This document shows, piece after piece, positions 40,085 through 51,909 of a stretch of 64,000 nt of DNA. The stretch is from Eledone cirrhosa (Eukaryota), in NCBI GenBank assembly GCA_964016885.1, contig OZ024744.1:88784001-88848000 (forward strand). Reading direction: 5' to 3'. Made by a program: the position numbers and the translations under genes. Each line of letters begins with the position of its first letter. The stretch's first letter is position 1. The notes beneath the pieces are model-generated. The model saw nothing but the letters and a program-made list of their open reading frames with translations, had not been told where the DNA came from and ran no database searches.

Positions 40085-40889
40085 TGGGTTGCGTGGTACA
40101 ACCCACTATACTCAGCGGCCCTAAAGAACAGCATGGCCCGCTCATTCTTTAGAGCACTAGATAAATGCTTCCCGAAGGACCATAGATACCGCAAGATCTT
40201 CAACAGACACACTGTAAAGGTCTCATATTCTACCACGCGAAATGTGGCCCAGCACATAGCTAGCATTAATAGGAGTAGACTTAAAAACCACACACAACCG
40301 GAAGCTGGCAATATAGGCACCCGGCAGAAACATGTGGAGGAAAAGAAGGGTGGACCCAGTAACCCAAACAGACCCAGGGATCCCCCACCGGGCCCGAGGG
40401 AGGACCAGCATATAATACGCAACGGGAACCCCCACATTAGGCACCCGGAGGTCGACCACCTCCTGCAACTGCAGAAACCCAGCATTATGTCCCCTTAATA
40501 ATGAATGCCTAAGGAAGAACTTAATATACGGATGTAGAATAAAAAACCCCAATTCTGAACACCTTTACATAGGAGCCACATCAACGAGCTTTAAAGACCA
40601 ATGGTATAACCATCGCCATTCCTTTAACAGGGAGGACAAAAGGAAAAGTACGGCTCTTTCCGAACTGATCTGGAAGCTCAAGCTGGACAGGACCCCGTAC
40701 TCTCTGGCCTGGTCCAAAATCAGGAAAGAACCACCTGATAAAGGGGGATCTGGCATCTGCAAACTATGTCTGAGCGAGACCCTCGAGATACTCAGCGGTG
40801 GAAGCAGCCTGATGCACCTCAGGACTGATTTCTTCGGGACATGTAGACACCTCAGGGCCGGGACCTTCCTCAAGCTATATGGACAATAA
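40085..40889 (+). pseudogene. Penelope ORF C-terminus (RT linker plus GIY-YIG endonuclease), frameshifted
   Basis: WYNPLYS...FFRALDKCFPKDHRYRKIFNRHTVKVSYS, then in another frame CNCRNPALCPLNNECLRKNLIYGC...LYIGATSTSFKDQWYNH...CKLCLSE...TCRH. Confidence 0.88.
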
Positions 40890-41178
40890 CAACACACTGG
40901 GAGGGGAACTTCCCTCAAGCTATAAGGGCTTCTCCGGGACATGTAGACACCTCAAGGCCGGGACCTTCCTCTAGCTATATGGGCAACAACAACGCATTGG
41001 GAAGGGATCTTCCCTCAAGCTATAGGGACAGTAGCCCCGCCACACCGAGCCCACGGTAAACCACCCCCTACACTTTCACCACCCCTACCCCTGCCTCGAT
41101 CGACTCCTATGGCAGCACAGACTTATGCATATGTCCATACATAGATCCTCTTATTTAAGATTGTACATGCACTGATAC

Positions 41179-41282
<104 letters not shown>

Positions 41283-41893
41283 GCGTGTGTGTGCGTGTGT
41301 GTGCGAGTATATATATACATATATATATATGGGTGTGTGTGTGTTTGTATAATCTGTGTGTGTGTGGGTGTATGTGAATATGGGATGCACCTGGGCCTGT
41401 GTTGGTGCGTGTGGGCTTGCAACGATGTGGGTTGACATACAAGCATATGTACTCTATGCCGAATTAAAAACTGTAGTCCTCTGCATTTCCGGATTTTGAC
41501 ACTCAGGTTATGGTGTTTTACACTCCACTCTTGCCTTATTTGCTCTTGAAACGCACCGCCCCATGATAGTGTAAAGATCGTAATCCTTTGCATTTCCCGA
41601 TTCTGACACATAGCCTTTATACTTCAGTCAATATTTTCCAAATCTTTCAAACTTTAATATTGGCTATAGCACACACGCACTTTATTCTTCTTTGATATTT
41701 GATATTGGCTATAACACACACGCATTTTATTCTATTTTATTCATTTATTTTTTTTTTTTTTACTTCTTCATTTTATTGTATCGTATCTTATTATTTTATT
41801 ATTTATTTTATCTTATTTTTTTTTTTTAATTTTATTTTTTTTTTTAGATTTTATTACACAACATGTGTACCTGTCTCTACCACACCAATTCGA

Positions 41894-41948
41894 ACTGCCT
41901 GAAGAGGTCACAGCCAATGATGGCTATCTCTGAAATATATATAGCAGT
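41894..41948 (+). ncRNA. Minimal type I hammerhead ribozyme
   Basis: actgc-CTGAAGA-ggtcacagcca..tggctatctct-GAAA-TATATA-TA-gcagt. Predicted cleavage is after 41943. Confidence 0.75.
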
Positions 41949-41966
41949 ACATCTTTAATAAACGAA

Positions 41967-42270
41967 GCCAAATCTTAAATATTTGACTTAATTACTTTAT
42001 TTTACATTACTCCGGAGTAACCAAACCAACCTGCGTTCTTCGTCGAATGCTCCAATCTGCATACTGAGGTGTCGGGAAACAACCAACATATACTCAAAAA
42101 TAAAAAAAAAATATATATATTATTTTTTTTTTTTTTTTTTTTTAGTATATGTTGGTTGTTTCCCGACACCTCAGTATGCAGATTGGAGCATTCGACGAAG
42201 AACGCAGGTTGGTTTGGTTACTCCGGAGTAATGTGAAATAAAGTAATTAAGTCAAATATTTAAGATTTGG
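41967..42270. repeat. Near-perfect inverted repeat, ~125-bp arms with an A/T spacer
   Basis: CCAAATCTTAAAT...AACATATACT is mirrored by AGTATATGTT...ATTTAAGATTTGG. Confidence 0.92.
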
Positions 42271-42314
<44 letters not shown>

Positions 42315-42381
42315 GTATATATATATATACATACATATATATAATATATAAGATCAAAAGATGGTTAAAAGAGTTCCATGT

Positions 42382-42450
42382 ATTTTATTATGCGCATTTC
42401 AAAAACAAATATCATCATGCAATAACATTTGTGTTTTCATCAGATAAAAT
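42382..42450 (-). ncRNA. Minimal hammerhead ribozyme (left arm of fold-back 42341-42661)
   Basis: Exact reverse complement of 42552-42620. Confidence 0.8.
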
Positions 42451-42551
42451 AGGAAGACATGATATGAAGGTTAAAAACACTTGTGGATAGTGCAGTTTTA
42501 AATCAACATATAACAACAATATGTTTTTTAACCTTCATATCATGTCTTCCC

Positions 42552-42620
42552 ATTTTATCTGATGAAAACACAAATGTTATTGCATGATGATATTTGTTTT
42601 TGAAATGCGCATAATAAAAT
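42552..42620 (+). ncRNA. Minimal hammerhead ribozyme (right arm of fold-back 42341-42661)
   Basis: attttat-CTGATGA-aaacacaaatgtta..gatatttgttttt-GAAA-TGCGCA-TA-ataaaat. Confidence 0.8.
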
Positions 42621-42927
42621 ACATGGAACTCTTTTAACCATCTTTTGATCTTATATATTATGTATACTCCAGTCCTACAAACTGTAGAGTGCTTCTTATC
42701 CGATATCTGCATTGCTTTATTGTACTACAATAAAACTCACCTCCTACATATATATATATATTGACCTAATAAAACTTTATTTGTCTACCTCTCTGTTTTG
42801 TTCCCGTCTAAATTTGCACTATATATATATATGTATATTTATTTATATATATGTATACTTCTTTATATATATATATTTATGTGTGTGTGTTATATATATA
42901 TATATATATTTGTATGTGTGTGTGTTT

Positions 42928-42963
<36 letters not shown>

Positions 42964-42964
42964 C

Positions 42965-43091
<127 letters not shown>

Positions 43092-43171
43092 CTAAGAGGG
43101 TTTGGTAAGATACCAGGTAGACCATAACGCACCAGAGTACTCAATACTTAGGGTAGTAGAGTGGGTAATAG

Positions 43172-43253
43172 GAAAAGAGTCAGGACCCCGACGCCTGAGC
43201 TCCGGCCGTTTCGACAGCTAGATCCGAATGCCGTCGGGATCCTGATTCTTTTC
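43172..43253. repeat. Short hairpin element with a hammerhead 3'-half remnant; related fragment at 34391-34447
   Basis: GAAAAGAGTCAGGACCCCGACG / CGTCGGGATCCTGATTCTTTTC arms. The minus-strand loop has GTC-GAAA-CGGCCG. Confidence 0.6.
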
Positions 43254-43802
43254 ATATATATACATATATATACATACATATATATATATATATGTGTGTG
43301 TGTATGTGTGTGTATGTGTGTGTGTGTGTGTGCTCACACACGAACACGCAACTTGTAGATATGAAATTGTTTTGTTTTTGTTTTGTTCTTGTTTTGTTTT
43401 TTGTATGTTTGTTTGTTTCTTTTACACGTTATTAGTTATTATTATACCTGATTAAATAGCCATATCCAAGATGGCCGTAAACAATGTCTACTCGGCATGA
43501 TAAATGTTTCTAGAATCCGCAACCGATAATATTATCGACCCCCCCCCCCGCTGAAGGACGAAAGGCTAAGCTAGTTATTATAAAACTAGACTGATAGATA
43601 TCAAAACAAGGCCCACTGTGTCAGTTTCACTGTCTGCATTGAAAAAGAGGAAGAATCAGTCCATCGATGTTGGTAGATTACAATACTTTTTAACTTGCAT
43701 ACGAATCATAATTAGATCTTTGTAGAGAATAGCAAAAAGGATTAGAGAAAAGTTGTGGTTTATGTTTGTTAGTTGTGTAGTTGTTTCTCTCTATATATAT
43801 CT

Positions 43803-43876
<74 letters not shown>

Positions 43877-43978
43877 TCGGAAATGTGCTGACGGGAGAAC
43901 TGATTAGTTAAAGTTAATGAGGTAATACTGAGATTAGTCAGCGAATTATGAAAAATGTTAACACACCATTTTGTTATT

Positions 43979-44012
<34 letters not shown>

Positions 44013-44111
44013 TTATATAGATAGGTAGATACATAAATATATACACATATATAGAGAGAGACAGGCAGGCAGACAGATAGATAGATAGATAGTCTGAAAG
44101 ATAGATAGATA

Positions 44112-47100
44112 TATTTCTTTATTTGCCACAGGGGCGTACAAAAAATGGAACATTACAAGACGTGACGGCGGGGGTTTTACATACAAAACTTTAACATTAA
44201 TAAATAACAATAAAGTATATATAATAAAATAATAATTGAAATCCCCAATAGGGGCGAACGTTACTGCAGGGTTGTTTTACACCCCGTGGATAGAACAACC
44301 CTCAACACCAGGAACACGTTTTGTAGGTGTTCCTGTCTTCCCTTTGTTTATCTTCCTCAAACTACAGAAAAGGCCCATTCACTCTAGCTATTTTCGCCAC
44401 ATTCACCCACCTTTCAGCGAATTTACTGGGGTGTAGCAGCTCTCTCTCCACTCTCACCTTCCTTCTGAAGTGGTACTTAAAGAAGGGGATAAGTTGTTGT
44501 CTGGAGAGAAAGGTGCTTGCCCTCAGTCCTTTTAACCTCGTCCACCATATTACCTCTTTCGCCATAGCCACCAGACAGAGGAAAACCGCCTCTCCTTCAT
44601 TCTTAAATAAAGGCGCCTTACGATAGACTCGGCTGACAACTGGATGCGTCCCACACGTGACAGTAGCTGTTCGACATAGTTCCACGGGTCGGTCACCCCT
44701 GGGCACTGAACAATTGCGTGCAGAACGGTTTCGATGTCCTGCTCGCATCTTGGACAGGTCCTTTTGGCAGGATCTCTGCCAGGGCGTCCGTGCCTGTAGA
44801 TTTTGTCTCAAACTGGTAGAGCTCCTCAGTAGCACTGCCAGGCCAGAGACCTCTGGAAGTTATCCATGCGCCCTGGATGGAAAGTCCTCCCGAACAGACT
44901 AGTCAGTTCGCCCTCCTCGATGCCTAGAGTTTCCCCGAGAACGTCGTCGCACGTATCCTCCACTAATCCCCTATAGAATGTCGAAGTGGAGTCTCCGCTG
45001 ATTGCCGGTTCCGCTTGGTAGAGGGCTGTGGTCGCCATAAGGCACCCGAGGTGCCAGGCACACATTTTCGGTCTTCGCTTGACCCAGGACTGCAGCTCTG
45101 TTAGTGAGACGAGTTGTGGAAGTACTTGTCTCACAAACGACAGCCACACCGGTTCACCGGTCAGGAAAACCTGGAGATGGCGTAGCCTCAGCGCGTGTTT
45201 GCGCATCATCAGCCACGGCATGCCCAGCCCTCCGTTAGAAGGGTGTTGACAGCAGATGGATCTCCTCACCAATGGAGCCTGTTTCTTCCAGAGGAACTTG
45301 AAGAGTAGGCGTTCCATTTTGGTGAGGTATTCGCAGGGACAAGGCACGACTGTCAAGCGGTAGTAGATGACGGACGTTATGTAAATGTTCGCCACCTCCG
45401 CTCGACCTTTCAAGGAGAGTTTGCACTCAGCCCACTTCTGGGCGAGTGCAAACACCTTCGCCGTGACCTCGTTCCTATTCTTGTCTACCTGGAAGTCTGG
45501 ACCAAACCAGACCCCGAGCAATTTCACCAGTCCTTCCGTCCAGCTCCCAACGGCACTGTCGGAAGGCATGGGTTTACCTCTCCATGTGCCGAGTTGCAAA
45601 CCGACAGACTTGTTTGGGTTTAGATTTGCTCCTGTCAACGTTTCGTATTCCTGTAATAGGTTGCCGATTACCCAGATTTCCGAAGTTTTCAACACCATTA
45701 CGGTTATGTCGTCGGCGTAACCCGACGCTGCTTTCTGCAGTGCTGGTTCGATCGCGATGCGCTGCAACAGCTTCAGCTTCCGCAGTAATGGCTCGAGAGT
45801 CAGTACATACAGAATGGAGTACATACGGATGGAACATACGGCTCCGATGGAATGGCTCCGATAGGTAGCCATTCACCTTGTCTGCCGAGCAGATGCTGGT
45901 GTGCATCCAGCCTCTGAAGACGGGACCGAAGCCGGCCGCCTTGAGAACTGCTTCCAAGTATTGATGGTCGACCCTATCAAATGCCTTAGACTGATCTAAA
46001 TTGATCAGAGCCCCACCAAAGCCAGGTTTACACATTACCCTCTCTATGATGTATCGCATGAGGTGGAGGTTGTCGTATATGGACCTGGTCGGGATTGCAC
46101 ACGTTTGCGCTTCCCCTACCAGGTTCTCCACGACAAGCGCCAGCCTCGCTGCTAACATCTTGGCCAAAATCTTTAAATCTGTGTTGAGCAAAGTTATGGG
46201 CCTGAAATTGGTTATTTCACCCCCTTGTTCTCATCTTTCCTGATCAGCGTTACTACGCCTCTGTCTACAGAACTGGGAATCTTCCCGTTCTGCTGCCAGT
46301 TGCAGTAGACCGCTTCGAGGACGCCAGAGAACAAGTCTGGCATGCCTATGTAAAGCTCATAGGGTAGACAATCTAAAACGGGTGATTTGCGTTTCCCGCA
46401 GCGGCCTAGGGCATCTTCTATTTCGCCCGCTGTGATCGGCCTTTCACAGCTCTCTGCACCCGTGCTCGAGAGTCGTGGTACGCCGTCGAGATAGGAGCTG
46501 AAGTCCATCACCTCCCTCGATATACCGCTTTCCCGAACAGTTGTACAAAATTCTGCTGGAAGGCCGTCCACATCTGCTTGGATTCAAGTAAAATGCGTCC
46601 ATCTTTGTCTTACAAAGACCGATTTGTGGATTTGTTGCCACTTTGTTGCCAGCTAACAGCTTTGGCTCCCTCGTTTCTTAGAGCACGTGTTCTACTTCTG
46701 ACAATACAACCTTCGTGTTTCATGTTGAAGAACTGGCCTAGTGCCGTTCTCGCCGCTAGCACGTCAGCTGTACTGCCATTCCTAAATGCCTCTTCTACTT
46801 TAGCTACCAGTTCCTTTTCGGTTTTGTTTTGTTTTCTAAAGCTACTTCCTTGCTAAATGCTATCGATTCTATTCTAATTGCTCTCTTGAGAGAGCTCCAC
46901 CACCTGTTGTTGACGATCGCCCCTGTCAACTGGTACTTAACAAAAGTGCTAACCCGTTTACGCGCCGGAAGCGACATGTTTAGCTTCCAGTATCCGGGTC
47001 CCTGTCTATGTGTTCTATCAAGGTTAACTGCGCAGGTGACTAATTTGTGTCTGAATAGGCAACCATGTGCATTTGTGGACAGCTTAATGTTTCCTTATCA

Positions 47101-48205
47101 TTCTGTCTAATTAAAAAATCAATCTAAATACGATCTAGAAGACCCAGTGCGGTTGCTCCACGTCCACAGTGGTACACTTGGGAAGTTTAGTCGATATCTA
47201 TCAGCCAGTTCCAACTGGCTTGATTTTTTTAGTCTATTACACCCCACTCTATTATCACAAGCTACTACATATTCCCAACGTGCATCTAAGAAGCCATTCC
47301 AGACCCTGCTAACACTAAGGAGCGAGCCGTTCCCAGGAATGTCTCCAGACGCTTGAAGAGCTCTGGTCGCGATGTCCCAGTCGGGGCATATACAGCCACC
47401 AGTCTGAAAGCTACACCTTCACTACCATTCACGTCCAGGACTACCAAGCTGCCTTCCGGGTCCAAGTGAATCGTCTACGCTTTGAGATCCAAGATTTTTC
47501 GAAGTAGAACAGCATCACCCCCTCCACCTCCTGGCTGACAGAGAGATGCGTAGATCTCAAAGTCATCGAACATGGGAGTTAGCTGCTGCTTGTCGTGAAA
47601 ATGGACTCGGTGATGGCTATCACATCTAAACAATGTGACCTGAGATCATTTAAAAGCTGGCCCTGTTTCCAGGGCATGCCCAGGCCACGTACATTCAAAC
47701 ATCCAACTTGCATAGTCGCCATGTTGGTGAGGAAGAGTTAGGGAGAGAAAAGGTAGGAACACTTACCTTTTCGTTTCCTGGAGGTTGGGTTGTTCGATCT
47801 CCATGCTCAGATTGGGGGTGTTGGGAAGGGAGGGAATCCTTTTAGCAGGACACGGTTAAGGAGTATTTTGGCAAGGGGGGCCCACATCATATGGAAAGTT
47901 CCCTTTTAAAGTTTCGTACTGTAGGGTTGTTACCTTGATCAGTTTGAGGTTGGTGGGGAAGGGCCGCGACCTTTTGGTGAAGAAGCTTCAGCCATTTTAA
48001 AAAATGTTAGCTTTTCAAAATAAAAAAACTTTTTGTTAACTATTTCGCCTAAAGGCGTAGAATATTTTGAGAGACTGACCAGATCAAAATTTGACCTGGC
48101 AGTCCCTCTACAAAATGGTACAAAAATGAAAGTTTACAGTCAAGAATTTCTATAGAAATTTAAGCAGAACATACCCAGCAAGCTTCACACGTGTGTCCAT
48201 CCCAG
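44112..48205 (-). mobile_element. Tx1-clade LINE copy E: decayed ORF2 and ORF1 C-terminus, fused to an F-family 5' end
   Basis: RT (LDQSKAFDRVDH, GYADD), decayed endonuclease at 47000-47722 and a (GATA)n 3' flank. 47972-48205 is near-identical to 53658-53892. Confidence 0.92.
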
Positions 48206-48480
48206 AGATAGATACATAATTTTCTTTTTATTTGCCACCAAGGCATCAAAAAGTGGGACAAGTATAATGGGGGAGTTTACATGAATAGGCGTCCTCAATA
48301 AGGAGGAGGCAATAACAAAGTATAAAAATAAAATAAAATATTACAAAATAAATTTTATAACAAAATCCTCAATAGGTAGGAGGCGCCTTGGGGGGTCGCA
48401 CACACCCCCGAAAAAAGTGTGCAACCCTTCTCCTCAGGAGCACAGAGAGGGGTGCTCCCTTGATCTTTCATCTTCCTCAC

Positions 48481-51400
48481 CTATAGTCTGATGTAGAGTG
48501 AAGGCCCATTCACACGGGCCATTCTCGCCACTTTCACCCATCTTTCATAAAAACGGCTGGGGTGCAGCACCCTCTCTCCATCCTGATCCTTCTTCCGAAA
48601 TGATATCGGAAGAAACGGACCAGTTGTTGGCCAGAGAGAAAGGTGTCTGACCTCAGTCCTTTCAGACGCGTCCACCATACAACCTCTTTCGCCATGGCTA
48701 TTACGCACAGAAACACCGCCTCTCCTTCGTTTTTGAAGAGGGGAGGCGGCTTGATCGTTACAATAGACTCGGTAGTCAACCAGATCGGTCCCACCCTTGA
48801 CAGCAGTTGTTCGACATAGTCCCACAGATCGGCAATGCCCGGGCAGTGTACCAATGCGTGTGCAACGGTTTCCTCGTCGCACACGCATCTGGGACAGATC
48901 TTTTTTGAGGGGTCCCTACCCGGGCGCCCGTGTCTGTAGAGACTTTCTCGAACGGGCAGAGCCCCTCGGTAGCACTGCCAGGCCAGGGACCTCTGGAAGT
49001 TATCCATGGGTCCCGGGCTGAATGTCCTACCGAACAGGTTGGCCAGTTCGTCTTCCTCCATGCCTAAGGCTTCTCCGAGGGCGTCGTCGCACCTGCTAAC
49101 CACCAGCCCTCTATAGAATAACGAGGTGGATTCTCCACTGACAGCCGGGTCCTCCTGCCAGAGAGACGAGAGCGCATGGGCACACTCGGTGTGCCAGGCA
49201 CCCAGTTTTCTCGGTCTTTGCTTGACTCAGGATTGCAGCTCGGTGAGTGACACGAGTCTGGGAAAGACTCGCCTCACAAACGGGGCCCACACCGGTTGAC
49301 CGGTGAGGAATACCTGGAGGTGCCGTAGCCTTAATGCGTGTTTACTTATCATTAGCCACGGCATCCCCAGCCCTCCTTTCGAAGGGTGTTGACAGCAGAT
49401 GGATCTCCTCACCATAGGAGCCCGCTTCTTCCAAAGGAATTGGAAGAGTGAGCGCTCCATTTTGGCGAACGTTTCCCTTGGGCAAGGCACTACGGTCAGG
49501 CGGTAGTAGATGACGGACGCTATATAAGTGATAAGTGTTCGCCACCTCCGCCCGACCTTTCAGGGACAGTTTTCACTCGGCCCACCTCTGGGTCAGTGCA
49601 AACACCCTGTTCGTTACCTCACCCCAGACTCCGAGCAACTTCACCGGGCCCTCCGTCCAGCGCCCGACGACGCCATCGGAGGGCATCGATCTTCCCCTCC
49701 ACGTGCCGAGTTGCTGACCGATCGACTTGTCCCGGTTCAACTTAGCCTCTGTAAACCTTTCGTACTCCTCCAGTAAGGTGCCGATCGCCCCAATTTCCGA
49801 GGCCGTCGACACCATTACTGTTATGTCATCGGCGTAGGCCGACACCGCTTTCCGCAATCCCGGTTCCAACGGGATGCCCTGCAACAACTCCAACTTCCGC
49901 AGCAGTGGCTCTAGAGTCATTACATACAGAATGGAGGAGAGAGGGCACCCTTGTCGGATGGACCGCGCGATTTCGAACGGCTCCGAGAGGTAGCCGTTCA
50001 CCTTGACCCTAGAGCAGATGCGGCTGCTGTGCATGGCATTGATCCAGCCTCTGAAAACGGGTCCGAAGCCTACCGCCGCTAGCACTGCATCCAGGTAACC
50101 TATCGAACCCCTTAGATTGATCCAAGTTGATCAGGGCCCCACCTAATCCGGGTTCGTTCCCAACCCTCTCTATGATGTATCGCATGAGGTGGAGGTTGTC
50201 GTGGATGGACCTGGATGGGACAGCACATGTCTACGCATCTCCCACCAGGTTGCCCACGACAAGCGCCAACCTCTTTGCTAGCACCTTGGCTAAAATCTGT
50301 AACTCTGTATTTAGCAGAGTTATGGGCCTGAAATTATTTATATCGACCCCCTTGTTCTCGTCCTACCTCACTAGCGTGACTACGCCCTTGGTCACAGCAC
50401 AGGGAATTCTCCCGTTCTGTTGCCAGTTGCAGTAGACCGCCTCGAGGAGATCGGGGAACAAGTCCGGCATAGCTAGATATAGTTCGTAAGGAAGACCATC
50501 GAGACCCGGGGATTTGCGTTTGCCGCATTGGCTCAGCATGTCCTCTATCTCAGCGGCTGAAATCGGCTCCTCGCAGGACTTCGCATCCCTGTCCGAGAGA
50601 CGCGGCAGGCCGTCGAGGTATGGACCTAAGTCCACTTCCCCAACCGGCTCCCCGCCCCTTCCGAACAATCTGGCAAAGTGCTTTTGAAAAGCCTCGCACA
50701 TCTGCTTAGGCTCAAGGATCACCCGTCCATCCTGGTCTCGCAAAGACCGGATAGTGGAACTACTCCCTCTTTTGGCTTATGTCACGCGGGCCCAGCTAAC
50801 AGCTTTGGTCCCCTCGTTTCCCAGAGCACGTTTTTGCCTCGGACGATGCAGCCTTCGTGTTTCGCGTCGAAGAACTGGCTCAGGGCCGTTCTCGACGCTA
50901 GCACTCTGGCCACGTCGCCGCTTCTAATTGCCTCTTCTACACTATCTACTAACTCCCTTTCCTTCCTATTTCTATTTGAGGCTAACTCCTTACTAAATTC
51001 TATAGAGACTACTCTAATCTCTCTTTTGAGAGATCCCCACCACCTGCTGTTGACGATGGCGCCCGTCAACCGCTCCTTAACTAAAGTGCTAATCCGGTCC
51101 CTGTAAGCTCTACTTGCCGGTAAGGACAAGTTGAGCTTCCAGTAACCGGGTCCCTGTTTATGCGTTCTGTTAAGGTTGACCATTCAGGTCACTAACTTGT
51201 GGTCTGAATAGCCAACCATGCGCATTTTTGGACAACTTAAAAAGTCCTTATCCTTATTTCTAACTAAGAACCTATCTAGGTACGACCTACATGATCCGCT
51301 GCGGTTTGCCCAAGTCCAGGCTGGCGCAGTCGGAAAATCTAGTCGATATCTATCGGCCAGGTCAAATCGACCGATTAACCCTTTGAGGCTATTACACCCC

Positions 51401-51879
51401 TCTCTATCGGGACAGGCACCTACGTAGTCCCAGCGTGCATCTAGGATACCATTCCAGTCCCCCACTAATAGCAAGGAGCGGGACGTCCCGAGAAAAGTCT
51501 CCAGACGATGGAAGAAGTCCGGCCGCATTGACCCGAAAGGGGCGTAAACGGCGACAAGCCTAAAGGCTTCGCCTTCACCACTGCCAAGGTCCAGAAGCAC
51601 CAGTCGACCATCCGGGTCCAAGTGTACCGTCTGTGTAGCGAGACCCAGATGTTTTTGCAGCAGAACGACAACCCCACCCCCACCACCGGGCTGACAGAGA
51701 GATGCGTGCATCTCAAAGTGATCAAAGGTGGGGGCCAGCTGTCGCACGTTGCTGATCCGGACCTCGCAAATAACCATCACATCTATACGTTGTGACCTGA
51801 GGTCATTTAGAAGTTTAGCTTGCTTCCAAGTTGAGCCCAGCCCACGCGCATTTAGACAGCCTACTCTTAGCATAGCCAT
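48481..51879 (-). pseudogene. Copy F ORF2 (APE endonuclease, RT, CCHC)
   Basis: CLNARGL, VGDWN, SYLDRF, YSDH; QGCPLS, AYADD; CPRCVCDEETVAHALVHC. Confidence 0.95.
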
Positions 51880-51901
51880 GTTGGTGGTGAAGAGAAAAGG
51901 C

Positions 51902-51909
51902 ACTTACCT
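51902..51909 (-). promoter_or_regulatory. Putative 5' splice donor AG|GTAAGT overlapping the ORF1 stop (equivalents at 47766, 57774, 63137)
   Basis: The motif is present at the same position in all four copies that retain the ORF1/ORF2 junction. Function is inferred. Confidence 0.55.
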
